A DNA stretch of 64,000 nucleotides from Owenia fusiformis (lineage: Eukaryota). The number at the start of each line of letters is the position of its first letter. The first letter of the stretch is position 1. Made by a program: the position numbers and the translations under genes. The stretch is from positions 27,590,001 through 27,654,000 of the forward strand of contig CAIIXF020000001.1 of NCBI GenBank assembly GCA_903813345.2, in the 5' to 3' direction. The notes beneath the pieces are model-generated. The model saw only the letters and a program-made list of their open reading frames with translations. It did no database searches and was not told where the DNA came from. Shown here piece by piece: positions 27,182-40,025 of this stretch.

Positions 27182-29427
27182 AATATAATGGTGAATGAGT
27201 ACATGATATTGAATTAGGATATACAACGATGTTAAATGATATATGTGTACGATCTTTATTGATGTACAACAATTTTATGTAAGAATACACAATGAGAAAT
27301 ATACTACGCTATGTGAGGTGCGTGCATTCAAAAACAGGACTCAGTGTGTACCACTGTAGGGAACAATATTGACGTGGCTGAATAATACTTCATCCATTTC
27401 ACCTTCTTTCATGCAGGAGCAGCGAAAACTTATGTGGTGGCGTCAGCATTCTGTCTCAACATGAGGATTAATGTTCTATAAACACAGTGGAATATTGCAC
27501 CAGCAATAAAGCAAGTGAGCACAGCACCCATTTGAGATATTGAAAACAGGCTTGCATCCACCCAAGAAATCATTTGCACCCACTTGAAAATGAGAAAAAT
27601 GGGCATTAAGGCCTATTTGACCAATTTTGGCCTGAACTGTGAAAATGAGAATTTTGCACACACTTGTGGAGAACACAGAAACATATGCAGCATTGTGAGA
27701 TATGACTTATCAGGTTAGAGTAGATTCAACTGAATACCATACACTGTATGTAATAATTCAATGGTGCCAGATAAATGGACTATAGCAACCCTTGATATCA
27801 AAAAGCTTAACAACTCAGGCTTAGTGCTTTGCTAGTCTCTAAAATATTTTAAAACTGAAATTGATTTTGGTTTATGAGTGTATGAAGCAAAATGGTGAGT
27901 GTTAAACAACCCAATACATCTGAAAGGAGTCTTCAGATTACAGGGTTATGTACTGGGAGGTTTTCGATACAGGGTTTATCCCAAGGGAAATATATGTATC
28001 CCCCAAGAGAGTGCAAGGACCTTGGTGATAGTTCCCTAAATACATCATATATTTCCACTCGTTATGTACTGAGAACCTCCTCAGTAAGGATGGAATACAT
28101 GCATTTATGTAGAAATTGAAACAAATTACAAATAAATGATTGAATGCATCGCAATGAAAGCAGTATTTTGTCGATCATAATCATCGTTATAGTTTCTGAA
28201 AACAAAATTAGTGAACTGCCTGCTTGATTTAACACTTTAACTTCTGCCTCTAATCGTAGTCACATTTTGACCAGGATGTTAATTGTTATATGATGTATAT
28301 GAGTAATATGTAAAAAAAATTAAGTATATGTCCTTTTGCTAGGAATATATATGTTGTGGAAGAAAGACACGTAAATATGAAACCTTGCCATAACTACCTG
28401 CATAAATGATGTAAAATCTGTGATAAACTAAAACTGACTATTGTAATTTTTAAGAACTGATTCAAAAGTGGTATTTTAGATTTAAAAAACTATACTGTGA
28501 CATTTCTTAATTTGGATTTATCCCAGTGCTTAATTGTTATTTATACATGAACTGTTAATTGTTATAATTACTTAACTTGAAAAAACAGTCAGTTTATAAA
28601 ACATTTGTTATTTTATTGATGATGTTGGCGTATATTTTGGATCTGTTGAAATTTTAGAGATCTGTGTAAAATGTTTTGTGATTACATAGTACTATGTATT
28701 GTACTTGATATAACAGATTTAGGACTTGCAGTACTGTATGATAGATAATATATGATTTTAGAACATTCATTAATGGTTCCATGTCTTGTATATGGATTGG
28801 AGTGATATCATGTTTTATAATAATCAAGTGAGAGTAGGGAAACTGAGTGCTGAAGTTGCAAAAAACATGTTTTACATGTATTCGAGATCTGCATGTAACT
28901 GTGCGACTGGCTTCGTGCACTTAATAAAATTACTGGAAAGTGGAAGTTGGACACCTCCTGATTTTTTGTGATATAATTTATTGAGCTTTCACCTGATTAA
29001 CTATTGTCAAATCCATGGCCTTTCATCAAAGCCATGATAAGATCATATCACTTAAAAAACAAATGCATATTTTCTAAAAAATGCAGTGTTTCATTTTATG
29101 ATAATTTATTGTAAATATTAGATATTTCTATACTTTTACAGATATTTATATGGCTTGAATATTTATATTTCTTTTCTTACCTTTTAGTAGTAAGTAGAAA
29201 CACAATTTAATAAAAGGTCTTATATTTATTTAGCATTCCAATTGTTCTTATTTGTATGTATAATTGTTTTCAAAGTTTCTGTTACATGATGTCACATTGA
29301 GAAGTCACGACAATTAAACTGAGATAAACATTTTATGTACATTTACAAAAAGCATTTAAGATCATTGTGTACTTCGATGAATTTTCATGGCCATGTGCTA
29401 CCTGTATTTTCAGATAAACATAACTCA

Positions 29428-29520
29428 TTCTACACATCATCTGATCATCTTCTACACATCATCTGATCATCTTCTACACATCATCTGATCATCTTCTACA
29501 CATCATCTGATCATCTACAT
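29428..29520. repeat. 22-bp tandem repeat, ~4 copies
   Basis: TCTACACATCATCTGATCATCT units. Confidence 0.9.
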
Positions 29521-31686
29521 CTTTCATTTTTGCACAAAAGGTGCATTAGTGTACCTAGGTTATTGATTGAGGGTTGATAATTCTTTAGATTGTATGAATA
29601 ACTTGAATATTCAGTGGTCTTCTTTTCAAAATTGCAAAAAAATTCAAAGTACACACTGACCTTGAACTGATGTTGTATGGCTCCATTTAACAGCAAAGCT
29701 GTGTAGGGTTCCATTGGCATAATGTATGCACTTTGAATGGATTTTGATTATAAATTCTTTATCTAAAATGTTGGTTTACTTGATGTAATAAAATGTTCAA
29801 TTTACCAAATGGAGACTAAAAGAAAAGGGTGAGGCTGTTGAGGCAAATAAATCAAATAGAAATATACTGCCATTGACTTCTTTTTCAATAAAAACATTGA
29901 ATGAATTGTATTTCTGTTTGAAACTTGCATGGTGAGGCAGGTATACCTCTACCGTATCATGCCTGACTTAGAGTATGTGTATGAATAGTTCTTGCCCTAC
30001 CTACTTCAGAGGCTGGACTGATCCGATTATTCCAGCCTTTGAAATAGGTAACTCTAACCTAGATTGTTACTGCTAGAATTCAGAGAAGTAACTAAAGCAA
30101 CATACATTAGCAATTTACTAATCACAGGACAGTTCTTACTATAAAATATACAACTGTATTACATGTATTTGTATATTTTTGGAATTTCTATTTTGTTAAA
30201 CAGTTTGAGTGATGAAGTCATTCTTATACCTAAAAAAATAAATTATTCTTTAGCACATGTTTAAAAAATATTTAGTTTGTTTTATTGTTATAATTTTTAA
30301 AAGTGACATAATTTTAAGCAAAAGATAATTGCAATTTTATCATTGCTACAAAAAGCCTCAACATTAGATAGATAATCAGAAAGTAACAGAAGTTCCATAT
30401 GACCTTAAACTATACTTCTGACCTTGACCTTGGCCACTTGCACAATCCGAGTAGGTGGGTTGTTCTTCCTGTCCTAATTTAACCTTAGAGCTTTTTACAG
30501 TGCATTTGATGTAGAAAATTAATTTTTCTAAAGGACACCCCAGTTATATGTTTCAATTGTTAGGTCTCAAATTATATTATATTCCCGTTCGATTTAATGT
30601 TAACAGTTATCTACTTCAAGTGCTGGACCATGGAGCTTTTACCGGGATCACCTCATTATACCGACGTGCATTATACCAAAACCCATTAAACCGACGCGCA
30701 TTGTGTCGAAAACCAACATAGGCCTACCGATGCGCGTTTTACCGAAATCCGTGCCAGTGGGATGGCACATTGCCTGAACCCATCAATTTTATGACGTGCA
30801 CTTCCGCGTGGGACTATATCTTTACAGCGAGAATTTCAAGCTTTTGTCAGTGTAGACATAAAAAGTTGCGGTCCGTCATACTCGCGCTTTTTTCAATATT
30901 TTAATTTGAAACTCGCAAGAACGGTGCTTTGAATCTAGCTCTATACTCTTTTAAAACGTCATGTAGACACATGATTATGTACATGTATGATAGTGCACAG
31001 TAACATTATATAGGCATAGAATAATAAAAGTGGAGCCTGAAAAGTCAAATATGGTGCTATATTGAAAAGCCAAGAGAAATATTACTGTATCAGCATATAA
31101 AATAGTTAGCTTATATATTACTTTATCATACACCATGGCTCAAAGTATACATGATTTTTTCATTGAACAGACAAGTCTTGAAAATTAAAAATATTTTAAC
31201 TTTAAACTTTTTAATCTGAGACTGGATGTTAATCTGTTTTTTATATATTCATATTCAATTAAAAGTTTATCGCGCAAAGACACATTTTCAGATAAAGTTT
31301 AATTTAAAATCTTTGAACATCTTTACATCTCAGTTGCGGCCAGTAATTTTTTAACTGATGCTAGGCGTCTCGGATTGAGGGGTCGTCTAAAGAAACTTAA
31401 TTCCAGTTAACCATCAATTCCTGTATGTCATAGAGGATAAAGTCATAATTCTGTTATTTATGTTTGATTATAGTCTGATAGTAAACCCTGTACTTAATAA
31501 AATATATTTAACTGTGGTAAATTCTGTATTCAATGAAGTAAATATTTATTTATACTGTTTTGTTTCATTGGTAGAAATAAATAATTGTGCTATTAAATAT
31601 AAAGTTTCACATTTCTTATTGGACTTGATAATTACTGTATTTTCCATCTTGTGCTGATGGGGCCAAAAATTGTTGTCATGGAGAGA

Positions 31687-32091
31687 CACGCGGTACTAAC
31701 TTCGACCGTTAATTTGAATTTTTGACCTACCGGATGTTCGAAAATCAAGGATTACGAGTCTCGTACTGCACCGTTTTTCTTCAAACTTGTTCCATTCAAA
31801 GCATATCAAAAATCCCTTTCTGTTGGTACATTATTCTCTTAAACAGAGTCCCTACTTCCAGCGGCATTTTGGGCCCCAGCTGTAAGAAGGCCTTCTAACC
31901 GCTGGGGACCAAAACGCTGCTAGAACGAGGGACTTTTTACAATAAAGTTATGCACCGACAGAAAGGCAATTTTGTTTTGCTTTTAATGGTATAAGTTTGA
32001 AAAACGGTGCAGTATGAGACTCGCAATCCTTGATTTTCGAGCATCTGGTAGGTGAAAAATTCAAATTAACGGTCGAAGTTAGGACCGCGTG
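31687..32091. mobile_element. Transib-type MITE
   Basis: CACGCGGT...ACCGCGTG termini, ~120-bp TIRs, 5-bp TSD AGAGA, internal palindrome at 31846-31936. Confidence 0.8.
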
Positions 32092-32507
32092 AGAGAGAGA
32101 GCAAGATATGTTGTCATGGAGATAGTAAGAAACGCATTCATTTGTTTTACTTAAAATCTTTCCAAATCCAAGTGTGACTTTTATCAATGTGTGCCTCAAT
32201 GATCCCATTAATTCTGAAGTGCTTTCATTTTTTAACCATTTCACTTACATTTTTTTCATATAATACTTCTAAATTGGCATCATTTCCATGTTTAAATTGC
32301 TTCAGTTTTTGGCTACTGATATTATCTCTATCATCAGTTTTCATTCCACAAACGAAACATCAATTATTTTGCCCAATATTTCATTTTCATCACTTAGAAA
32401 CATTGATTACATGTTTTAATTGGCAGTTTAAAATGGTGCTCATTAACTATAAGCCCAATATTCAGCGTCCCTTTAATATCTATTTAGGGGCAAATCAATA
32501 CTAGGCT

Positions 32508-33306
32508 AACCCCTCTATCACACCAAACTAGTTCTTACCCGTTCTTGCCGTTCTCTTCGTAAATGGGCTCCATCTGACTGTGGTCGGGAAATATGTCTAA
32601 AATAATTAGCTACTTGGTTCATGAACAGTCTTCAATACGTCCATCTCATTCGCAGTTCGTTCAGGTCGCACCACGTCGGTGTGCAACGTCGTATAACGCG
32701 TCCCTTAGTCTAAAAGGTCATCATGACCTGATTACAGAACGGTATGGTCGCCATCGAATTTTGAATCAATTCAAAATTCTAGATCACATTCGCTGTTCGG
32801 GAAAGTCCATGAAGTTCGTAAACAGACCGTAGAACGTTGTAGCTACGTTCATTCCGTTCGCACACAGTTTAAAACAAGTTTTGAAGAACGCAGTGGCAAC
32901 TTGCTTGGTGTGATAGCTATATTTTTGCTAACTCGTTAATAAATACGTTCTTAATCAGTTTTAACCCGTTTGCAATTAGTTCTACCTCGTTCTCAATACG
33001 TCCTCAGACAGTTCAACTCGTTGTAAAAACGTCCCTAGTAGGATTGAAGTATGACGGTTCCGTTCGCAGTACGTCCAGCTCGTCGTTAGTAGGTTGTCAC
33101 TCGTTCTAATTGTAGAACGTGACGACCAAGATAACATTTTGAGCATGTCCTGAGTTCTAGAGGACCTATCCGTTCGAGTACTTTCGATGAAGTTTGTAAA
33201 TAGACCCCAAACGGCTCTAAGTTAGTCCAGTACTAGTCCGTTCATTCACAGTTGAAGCCCGTTTTCGAGAACGTAGTGAGAACTAGTTTGGTGTTATAGT
33301 AGGGTT
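32508..33306. mobile_element. PIF/Harbinger-like MITE
   Basis: AACCCCTCTATCACACCAAACTAGTTCT is inverted at the right end (AACTAGTTTGGTGTTATAGTAGGGTT), in a TAA/TTA context; the interior is rich in CGTTC repeats. Confidence 0.6.
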
Positions 33307-33879
33307 AGCAGGTCATCTGATTCTCAATTTGATTTTGATTTGAATTGATTCTCAATTGAGACCCATATGGACTTTGCCCCACCGATCTTGGTTGAGTTTA
33401 AGTCATGGCTCTAATTGGTACAAAAATTAAGCTACCCACGAATGCTGTTTTTTCTCCGGGGCCTTGATACTAACGAAAACAATCGTGCGGACATTTTTGG
33501 ATTATTTCCGGTGTTTCTTTTTGTTCCTACCTCATTTTTCAAAGTATCCATGAAAATTTCTTGACTCTGTTGAAAGCCTATGGTCCAATCAACCGTACCT
33601 CCTTATCTTATGATGACCGCACAAAATGATAGAGCGTTGGAACCGACTGTGCCAAATGCTACGGATATTGCAGCTATGTGTGTTGTGTTTTATATATGTC
33701 CGACTAATCGAATTATTGTTTTGATTCTATCTAGATGTATTTAATAGATGTCTCGTTCATTCATTCATTTGTCCAATAAAAATCATGACTGCCTGGAAAT
33801 TAATATGAATAAAGTATCATATAAAGAATGAAAACGTCAAATTAAGAAGCAAAAGTCTTTTCTGGGTCACTGCGAATGG

Positions 33880-34223
33880 CATGATTTCCTCGAGTCTCTT
33901 CAGTTGCAAGGCAACCATACTGGGACCGATTCGCGTCGTTCCACTACTGCCCTTGGTGGGGGCCCGCTACCATACTATATGACTCCCGGGGTTTACTAAA
34001 GCACGTTAGTGGAGGAACCAACCACAGTCTCACAATCTGTCTCCGGCAAGAGCGGCCAGAGAACCAACCCATGCCAAGGGCCGGTAAATGGTTGGACCTT
34101 CGGACCGGGTGTCCGTAGTGACAATGATCAACAACTCCGTACCTGGGGCTTGAACGCGGGACCTCGTATCCCACGACGTTCAACCGCAAAGTAGCCTCAG
34201 TCTACACCACTAGGCTACCCTGC
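33880..34223 (-). mobile_element. tRNA-derived SINE
   Basis: Minus-strand Pol III A box TAGCCTAGTGG (34217-34207) and B box GTTCAAGCC (34155-34147), followed by a GC-rich body; no complete cloverleaf. The 3' boundary is approximate. Confidence 0.6.
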
Positions 34224-35876
34224 TTAGGTGTCAAAATTGCTAAAAAATAATGTAGTTGTTACAATTATTTGCTTGGATAAACAGGAAATTACATATCTTA
34301 ATTGATTAATCTGATTTAGTTGGAATCGAAGTTCGACCAACCAAGGCAATGCAATCAACAACTCTTGCAAATGTGAACGGAAGTCGTAAAGACAAAAAGT
34401 ACAAGAATCGTGATCAATGTAAAGTATCACATTTAAGACACATCTTTGAATATCGGGTAGGATAAACATTCCAAAATGAAGAAGAATCATTTAGAATGTT
34501 TGATTTGTTGCCAATATAGACTATCTTAAATGAATGAAATAAAAGGCATCGCGGGCCACTAAAGCCGATGAGTGAAAACAATTATAATTGACGCATCTAG
34601 ATCACTCAATATAACGGTAAGTGAATAGGTTTGTGTAGATACGTCGAGGAAAATAAGCTATTTCGAGGCGTGAAATAATCTGATTACGCTGATTAATAAT
34701 TACGCGTGGCTATAAACAGTGTTGTGTAGAACAAAAACAAGATAACTGAACGACCTATTAAGGAACTGTACTTCAGTTTCAAAGTGTTTCAAAGATATTT
34801 CCGTATGTTCAAAAACACAAAATTTATATTTTAGGCTATCCATATTTTTCAGATATCTCCAATTCATATTACAGGGGAACATAATCAAGTTTCCGAGAAG
34901 AATTTACACTCGCTACTCAAAATGAGGTACGGACACAAGTACAGACATGGGCTCTACCACCTGATCTGATAGAGCCCATGGTACAGAGGATAGCCTAGTG
35001 AAGGCATCTATCTAATCTTTGAAATCTCGTTAAGGTCTCGTTTAATGAAATTTTAGGAGATCTGTATTTTTAACAATGAAGACTAACATTTTTTCTATTT
35101 GAATTCTATGTCTAATTTTCTATCAAAACAAATTAGTTTTTGCACTGTTATTTACCTTTATTCAAATTCTAGAAATTTTCAAGTTTTCTAAAAATGGTCG
35201 GGCTAAATCCCCATTGACACAATGTTGAAAAACCTTCAAAGTTCATTTACTCTTACAAGGATCATGATTTTAATGTGAAATCGCAATCCATATGTCAGTA
35301 ATATCATATAGTTACATTCTAATGCCAATGGTGTTTTAAGTTGATTCAAATGGAATTACTTGTTAAATCAAAAAATTAAGTGACTCTTCTCATGTTATTT
35401 AGCCCTACCTATACCCATGATGCCATCTACATGTATTTTTCTATTTATATTGAAAGGGTCAATTCTACAGAATCAGACTTTTTGGGGAATGCGTTGAGCG
35501 GGGACGTATCACATCCTTTCAGGGTGTATCATTAACATTCTCAGGTTTAATTCTCCATTTTGTTCTGGTAAATATCATTATGATAAAATCGCAAAAATAA
35601 CTTTCTAAGGGTGTGCTTAACGTGTGGCTAGCCATGCTTTACCACGGTGAATAAATGCACTAGTAAACCTTTGGTTTGTAAAATCGTGTTTTAAAGTAGA
35701 ATACGTTATGCAGGATTTCTCGGTTATTAGACGGACCAATTTCATTTTTGTATTTAATGACATTTTAGATGATACTTTTTTTCAATCGAGCCTCATAGAC
35801 CTAGTAAGGGAACATGGGGCAAAACGGCTCTAAAAATTTAATTTTAAGTTGTTCTGTACGGGGTATTTTCTTATCT

Positions 35877-36406
35877 CACTGGCGACCCACTCGATTACGC
35901 TGGTTACCGAAACGGTTCGTTTTGGTAACAAAATGTCGGAACGTCGAAGGTACGATTTTTCTCATTTCTTTATTTCACACGTTGTAGGCAGAATTCCCAC
36001 GACATTTTGTATGAGTATCATATGTTTAAAAAAATGTACATACAATGTGCGAACAAATAGTTCAGAAGACAACAAAATCGTCGATTTAATTCTTCACTTA
36101 AGTTACATAAACGGTTTTTCGAAAAAAAGTTAAGATCTGCACTTTTAACCCAAACCGTTTATGTAACTTAAGTGAGGAATTAAATTGACGATATATTCTG
36201 TTGTCTTCTGAGCTATTTTTTCGGCAAACATGAACATTTTCTAAAACATATGATACTGATATACGTCTGTGAGAAAAAAGTCGTGGGGATTCTGCCTACA
36301 ACGCGTGGAATAAGGAAAAAAGAAAAATCGTACCTTCAACGTTCCGACATTTTGTTACCAAAACGAACCGTTTCGGTAACCAGCGTAATCGAGTGGATCA
36401 CCAGTG
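35877..36406. mobile_element. Transib-type foldback MITE
   Basis: CACTGG...CCAGTG termini, 5-bp TSD TATCT, nearly fully palindromic. Confidence 0.85.
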
Positions 36407-37100
36407 TATCTGTCAATCATCGCGAGTAGTTACAGAAACGAGAGTTCTGACACACCTATAACATGGAGTCCTATGGGGAGGGACACGATTTTTCATAGTA
36501 CCCTCCCTAACATGGGCTCCAATGGGGAGGGACATCTGTGAGCCTCCCTGAGCTCGGGAGGCACATACGGGGACCCCACCCCTCCCCCCCTCGGCGTGGT
36601 GGCGTGTACATATTTCGGGGATCTCGGCCCCTAGGGGTAACGGACGCCCTACCCCACGTCTGTACGTTTACTGTAAGGGATACTATTCGAATTCCCGCCA
36701 AAAATAAATCGATAAACCAGTACGCGTCGTAAATGTCACTACCTTATTTATAAAGTGCGGCCCAGGCGGATTATCGATTACCTATCAACCAGGCGTTTCG
36801 TACTCGCGAGGTCTTATCGTTTTAAGGTCATCCAGCTGTCAGTTTACGAAACAAATTACTCTGGACTGTACTTTAAAGTGCGGACCTAACTCGATAATCG
36901 ATTATCAATCAACCATCCATCAACTTTAATTAGTGTAACGTCCTTCATCGATTTAAGATCATACCGTTTTATGGATGTTATATTTGATTGTGATAAATAT
37001 TTATTTTGCCAATTCGTCAACACACTTCTTTTCAAAATACATCAAATAAATACATATTTACATTATAACATTCAAAATTCTTCATTGAATCAGACACAAG

Positions 37101-38202
37101 TTACAAAGGTATTAAATCGGAATCTTTAACCCACGAATCAAACTTTTTTGGCCAATATTGACAACGCACTAAATGTTCCCGTTGCCCTCGTCTTGTTCGT
37201 GTTTTCAAGATTTTTTCTACTTTCCAAATATCATCTTCATTCGCTTGTACTCTTTGAAGCTCCGATTGGTAAAAAGTACCCTTAATGTCTTCATTTTGAA
37301 AATCATTTAAACGATATAACGGGAGGCCCTGTCTAATGAAACGTTTCGCTACTTTAAAAATTTCCCCTGTCCAATGCTCGTTGTATTCTCTTGTAAAAAC
37401 ATGTCTCGACTGGGTAATTCTAACCAAAGCTCCAATGGGAAATTTAAATATATATTTAGACCTAGTTTTAACGACAGCTAATTTTGGGATAGTACATCCG
37501 CCACCAAATGGCCAGTTCATCGTCTTCAGTTACATTTTTAGGAGCCATCTTTATGCTCCTATGCCAGGTGGCGTTATAACTTTTAACAAAATTTTGCAAA
37601 TTGTCTATATATCTATAGTTCTGTTTATATGTCATGAACCTCATCATTTTCGTCTTCAATGTCTTTATAAGGCGCTCGGAAAAGTTGGCTTTGGGCGTAT
37701 TTTCCGTAACAAAATGGCGTACTCCCCATCGAGCCAGCAATGTCTGTACGACCCTCGCGCGAAATTCTTGACCTTTATCTGTTCTAATGACATCTGGTTG
37801 ACGCTGCCCTTCTTTGAAGATGTCATCAAAGGCCTCTGCAACAGCTTTACCCGTCTTGTTAGGTAGAGGCTTAACCCAGGCAAAACGGGACATGATGTCA
37901 ATGACGACTAGGATAAATTTCGTATTGTCATTCTCTGTTGACCAAGTAGACATATCCATGAGATCAGCATCCCATTGTTCATCAATATGTGAAACATATA
38001 CTTTATTCCGAGTAAATTGTCTCTTATAAGGTCTCTGTAGGCCATAAGCTTCTTGATTGTCCAGCCATTTCTTTATCTGATAACGGGACAGCTGGTATTT
38101 CCCATCATTTAGTACAGCTCTATAGAGTTTGTCTGGTCCAGCAAAGGCTCCAGAATTTCGACTGTCAAAGTATAATTTCTTTAGATAGTCTTGATATGCC
38201 AT
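37101..38202 (-). CDS. Polinton-type retroviral-like DDE integrase with C-terminal chromodomain (one frameshift near 37485)
   Basis: ORF 38202-37468 has WDADLMD, IRTDKGQEF and KANFSERLIKTLK (D-D33-E) plus YNATWHRSIKMAP. Overlapping ORF 37520-37101 has FPIGALVRI, WTGEIF, GTFYQSELQ and the chromo motif WKVEKILKTR..HLVR..WPKKFDSWV. Removing one A from CCCAAAATTA joins them. Confidence 0.9.
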
Positions 38203-38261
38203 CTTACACTGTCGGAATCTAACTCCTTAATGACGATCTCTCTTTAAATTGCTAATATTTA

Positions 38262-39857
38262 TCACTCAGTGCTTGATTCAACAGCCTCGTTTTCGGATTC
38301 ACTCTGTTCTTCCTCAGAACTACTTTCCTGGTCTGTATCCTCTATAAAGACCTCATCAAACTTGTGTTTGTTTTTTAAAAGTGTCTTCCTAATGGCTAAG
38401 TTCACAGAGACACCCCTCCTCATCATATTAATTATTGAATCAATTGTATTTCTGTGTAACGCATTGTCTTTTACATCAACCGTTAGCTTGACGAATTGTT
38501 TATATCCTTTCATAAATTCTTCCTTATTCTTCGACAATAGTTTATTATCTGCCTTTTCTACAGCCTCTGTCTTATCCATCCCTCTATCCATATACTCATC
38601 CACTTTACGTCGGTGGTCTTCCTCATTCTGTCTTAAAGACCACTTCTTTAAGAATGCAAATGTTTCATTTGCTTTCAAATCACCATCATCGTCATCAACG
38701 TCATTGTCTTTGTCTTGAGGAATCTTCTCCTCAATATTTTGGGTAGATTGGGTCCTCATCCTCTTGGGTAGTGGTCCCTGATCTTGACACCACTTTTTTA
38801 TATGCCTCTGTAAGTCGTGAATGCTATCAAATACTAAACCACAGTCATCACAGGATACCATGTTGTCTTCTCGAAATTCACGTTCCAAGTAAGGGTAGTT
38901 CTTAACATCACTACTATTTATAAATGTTGTCGTCGGAAAGTCGACTTCTGAAATACCCTGTCTTTCAAGTAAGTGTTTTGAATCATTCATTGGTTCCTTG
39001 AAGTTGCGGGAATCGTGATGAGTTTCAAATTCAACTTCACTTTTAGTAAAGGCATTTGGTTTCAATCTGCTGTGCTCCGAAGTTTCTTGCTTCAGATCAA
39101 GAAGCAGGTAACCATAGGGTCGACTAGTTGCGTTGGTATATGCTCTGACCAACTTGTTTCCATTTCCGGGGTACATCTGCCTCGATAAGAATGCCACCTG
39201 TTGGCGATCTCTCGCGTTATTAAACAGTATCATATAGTGAGAGTTTAAGCTCATCGATCTATTCATTTTTCCTTGATGATACATATTCTGGAGTAGGCAT
39301 ATCACAGACAGATTTCGATGGTGACTGCCTTTGCTATAGAGATCACATATCCGTTGATCATTTGTTGCCTCATTCATAAGATCATCGAGAAGCATCAAAG
39401 TAGGAACTGAAGTGTCAAGGTATCTTGAATCATCAATATCCTCTGGTATTCCCTTCACAAATTCCAAATGTGGGTATTTTCTTAGCTCTTCGTAGGCAGG
39501 CTGCCATTGACCATAACACCAGATGATTCTTCTAGGAATTGGGGATATATACCGTTCAACATTTTTGATCAAGTGCTTCATAAGCCAGGTCTTCCCCGAC
39601 GATGTTGGTCCGGCTGAAAATACAAAACAAAACAAAAAATATTTTTTAATAAATTGACATGCTCTCTTTCTATATTTAGAAACCTATCAGACTTTTAATT
39701 TCAACATGTCCATGCCTATACCTGCTATCATAGTAAACGGATGTTTCAGCATAACATCAGACTGATGCATTTTTTCTCCATGAAACTTATTCATATGCCT
39801 TGATAGGTTATCACCTCTCGTAAAATTCACACTACACTCAGAACAATTGAAAGACAT
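38262..39857 (-). CDS. C2H2-ZnF / A32-like (FtsK-HerA) Polinton packaging ATPase / ZnF / helical domain fusion, 2 exons, 495 aa
   Basis: Exon 1 39857-39722 (MSFNCSECSVNFTRGDNLSRHMNKFH...HPFTMIA), GT-AG intron 39721-39614, exon 2 39613-38262. Splicing restores HPFTMIAAGPTSSGKT (Walker A); Walker B LMLLDD; GSHHRNLSVI-LLQN and RPYGYLLLDL motifs; second finger CDDCGLVFDSIHDLQRHIKKWC; acidic tail. Confidence 0.9.
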
Positions 39858-39882
39858 GTTGTCTGTTCAAGATCTATCAGTA

Positions 39883-39950
39883 AAATGACTCAAAACATGG
39901 ACAACTTAAAATATATAAGAATATTCTAATGTGCAGTATTTTGATTGGTT
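39883..39950 (-). promoter_or_regulatory. Putative Pol II promoter of the ZnF-ATPase gene
   Basis: On the minus strand: CCAAT (~39948), TATATA (~39917) and Inr-like TCATTT (~39888), ~30 bp apart and upstream of the ATG at 39857. Confidence 0.45.
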
Positions 39951-40025
39951 CAAAATGTGTCAATTAAGATCAATTCTAAACATAAACAGGCATTTATGAC
40001 ATTATAAACTATTGAATATTAAAGT

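Noticed and set aside
34140-34223. tRNA gene
   Set aside because: A and B boxes are present, but there is no convincing acceptor stem, cloverleaf or poly-T terminator; it fits a SINE head better.
37336-38718. Plus-strand ORFs (176, 71 and 149 aa) in the Polinton
   Set aside because: Antisense shadows of the integrase and ATPase genes with no recognisable motifs.
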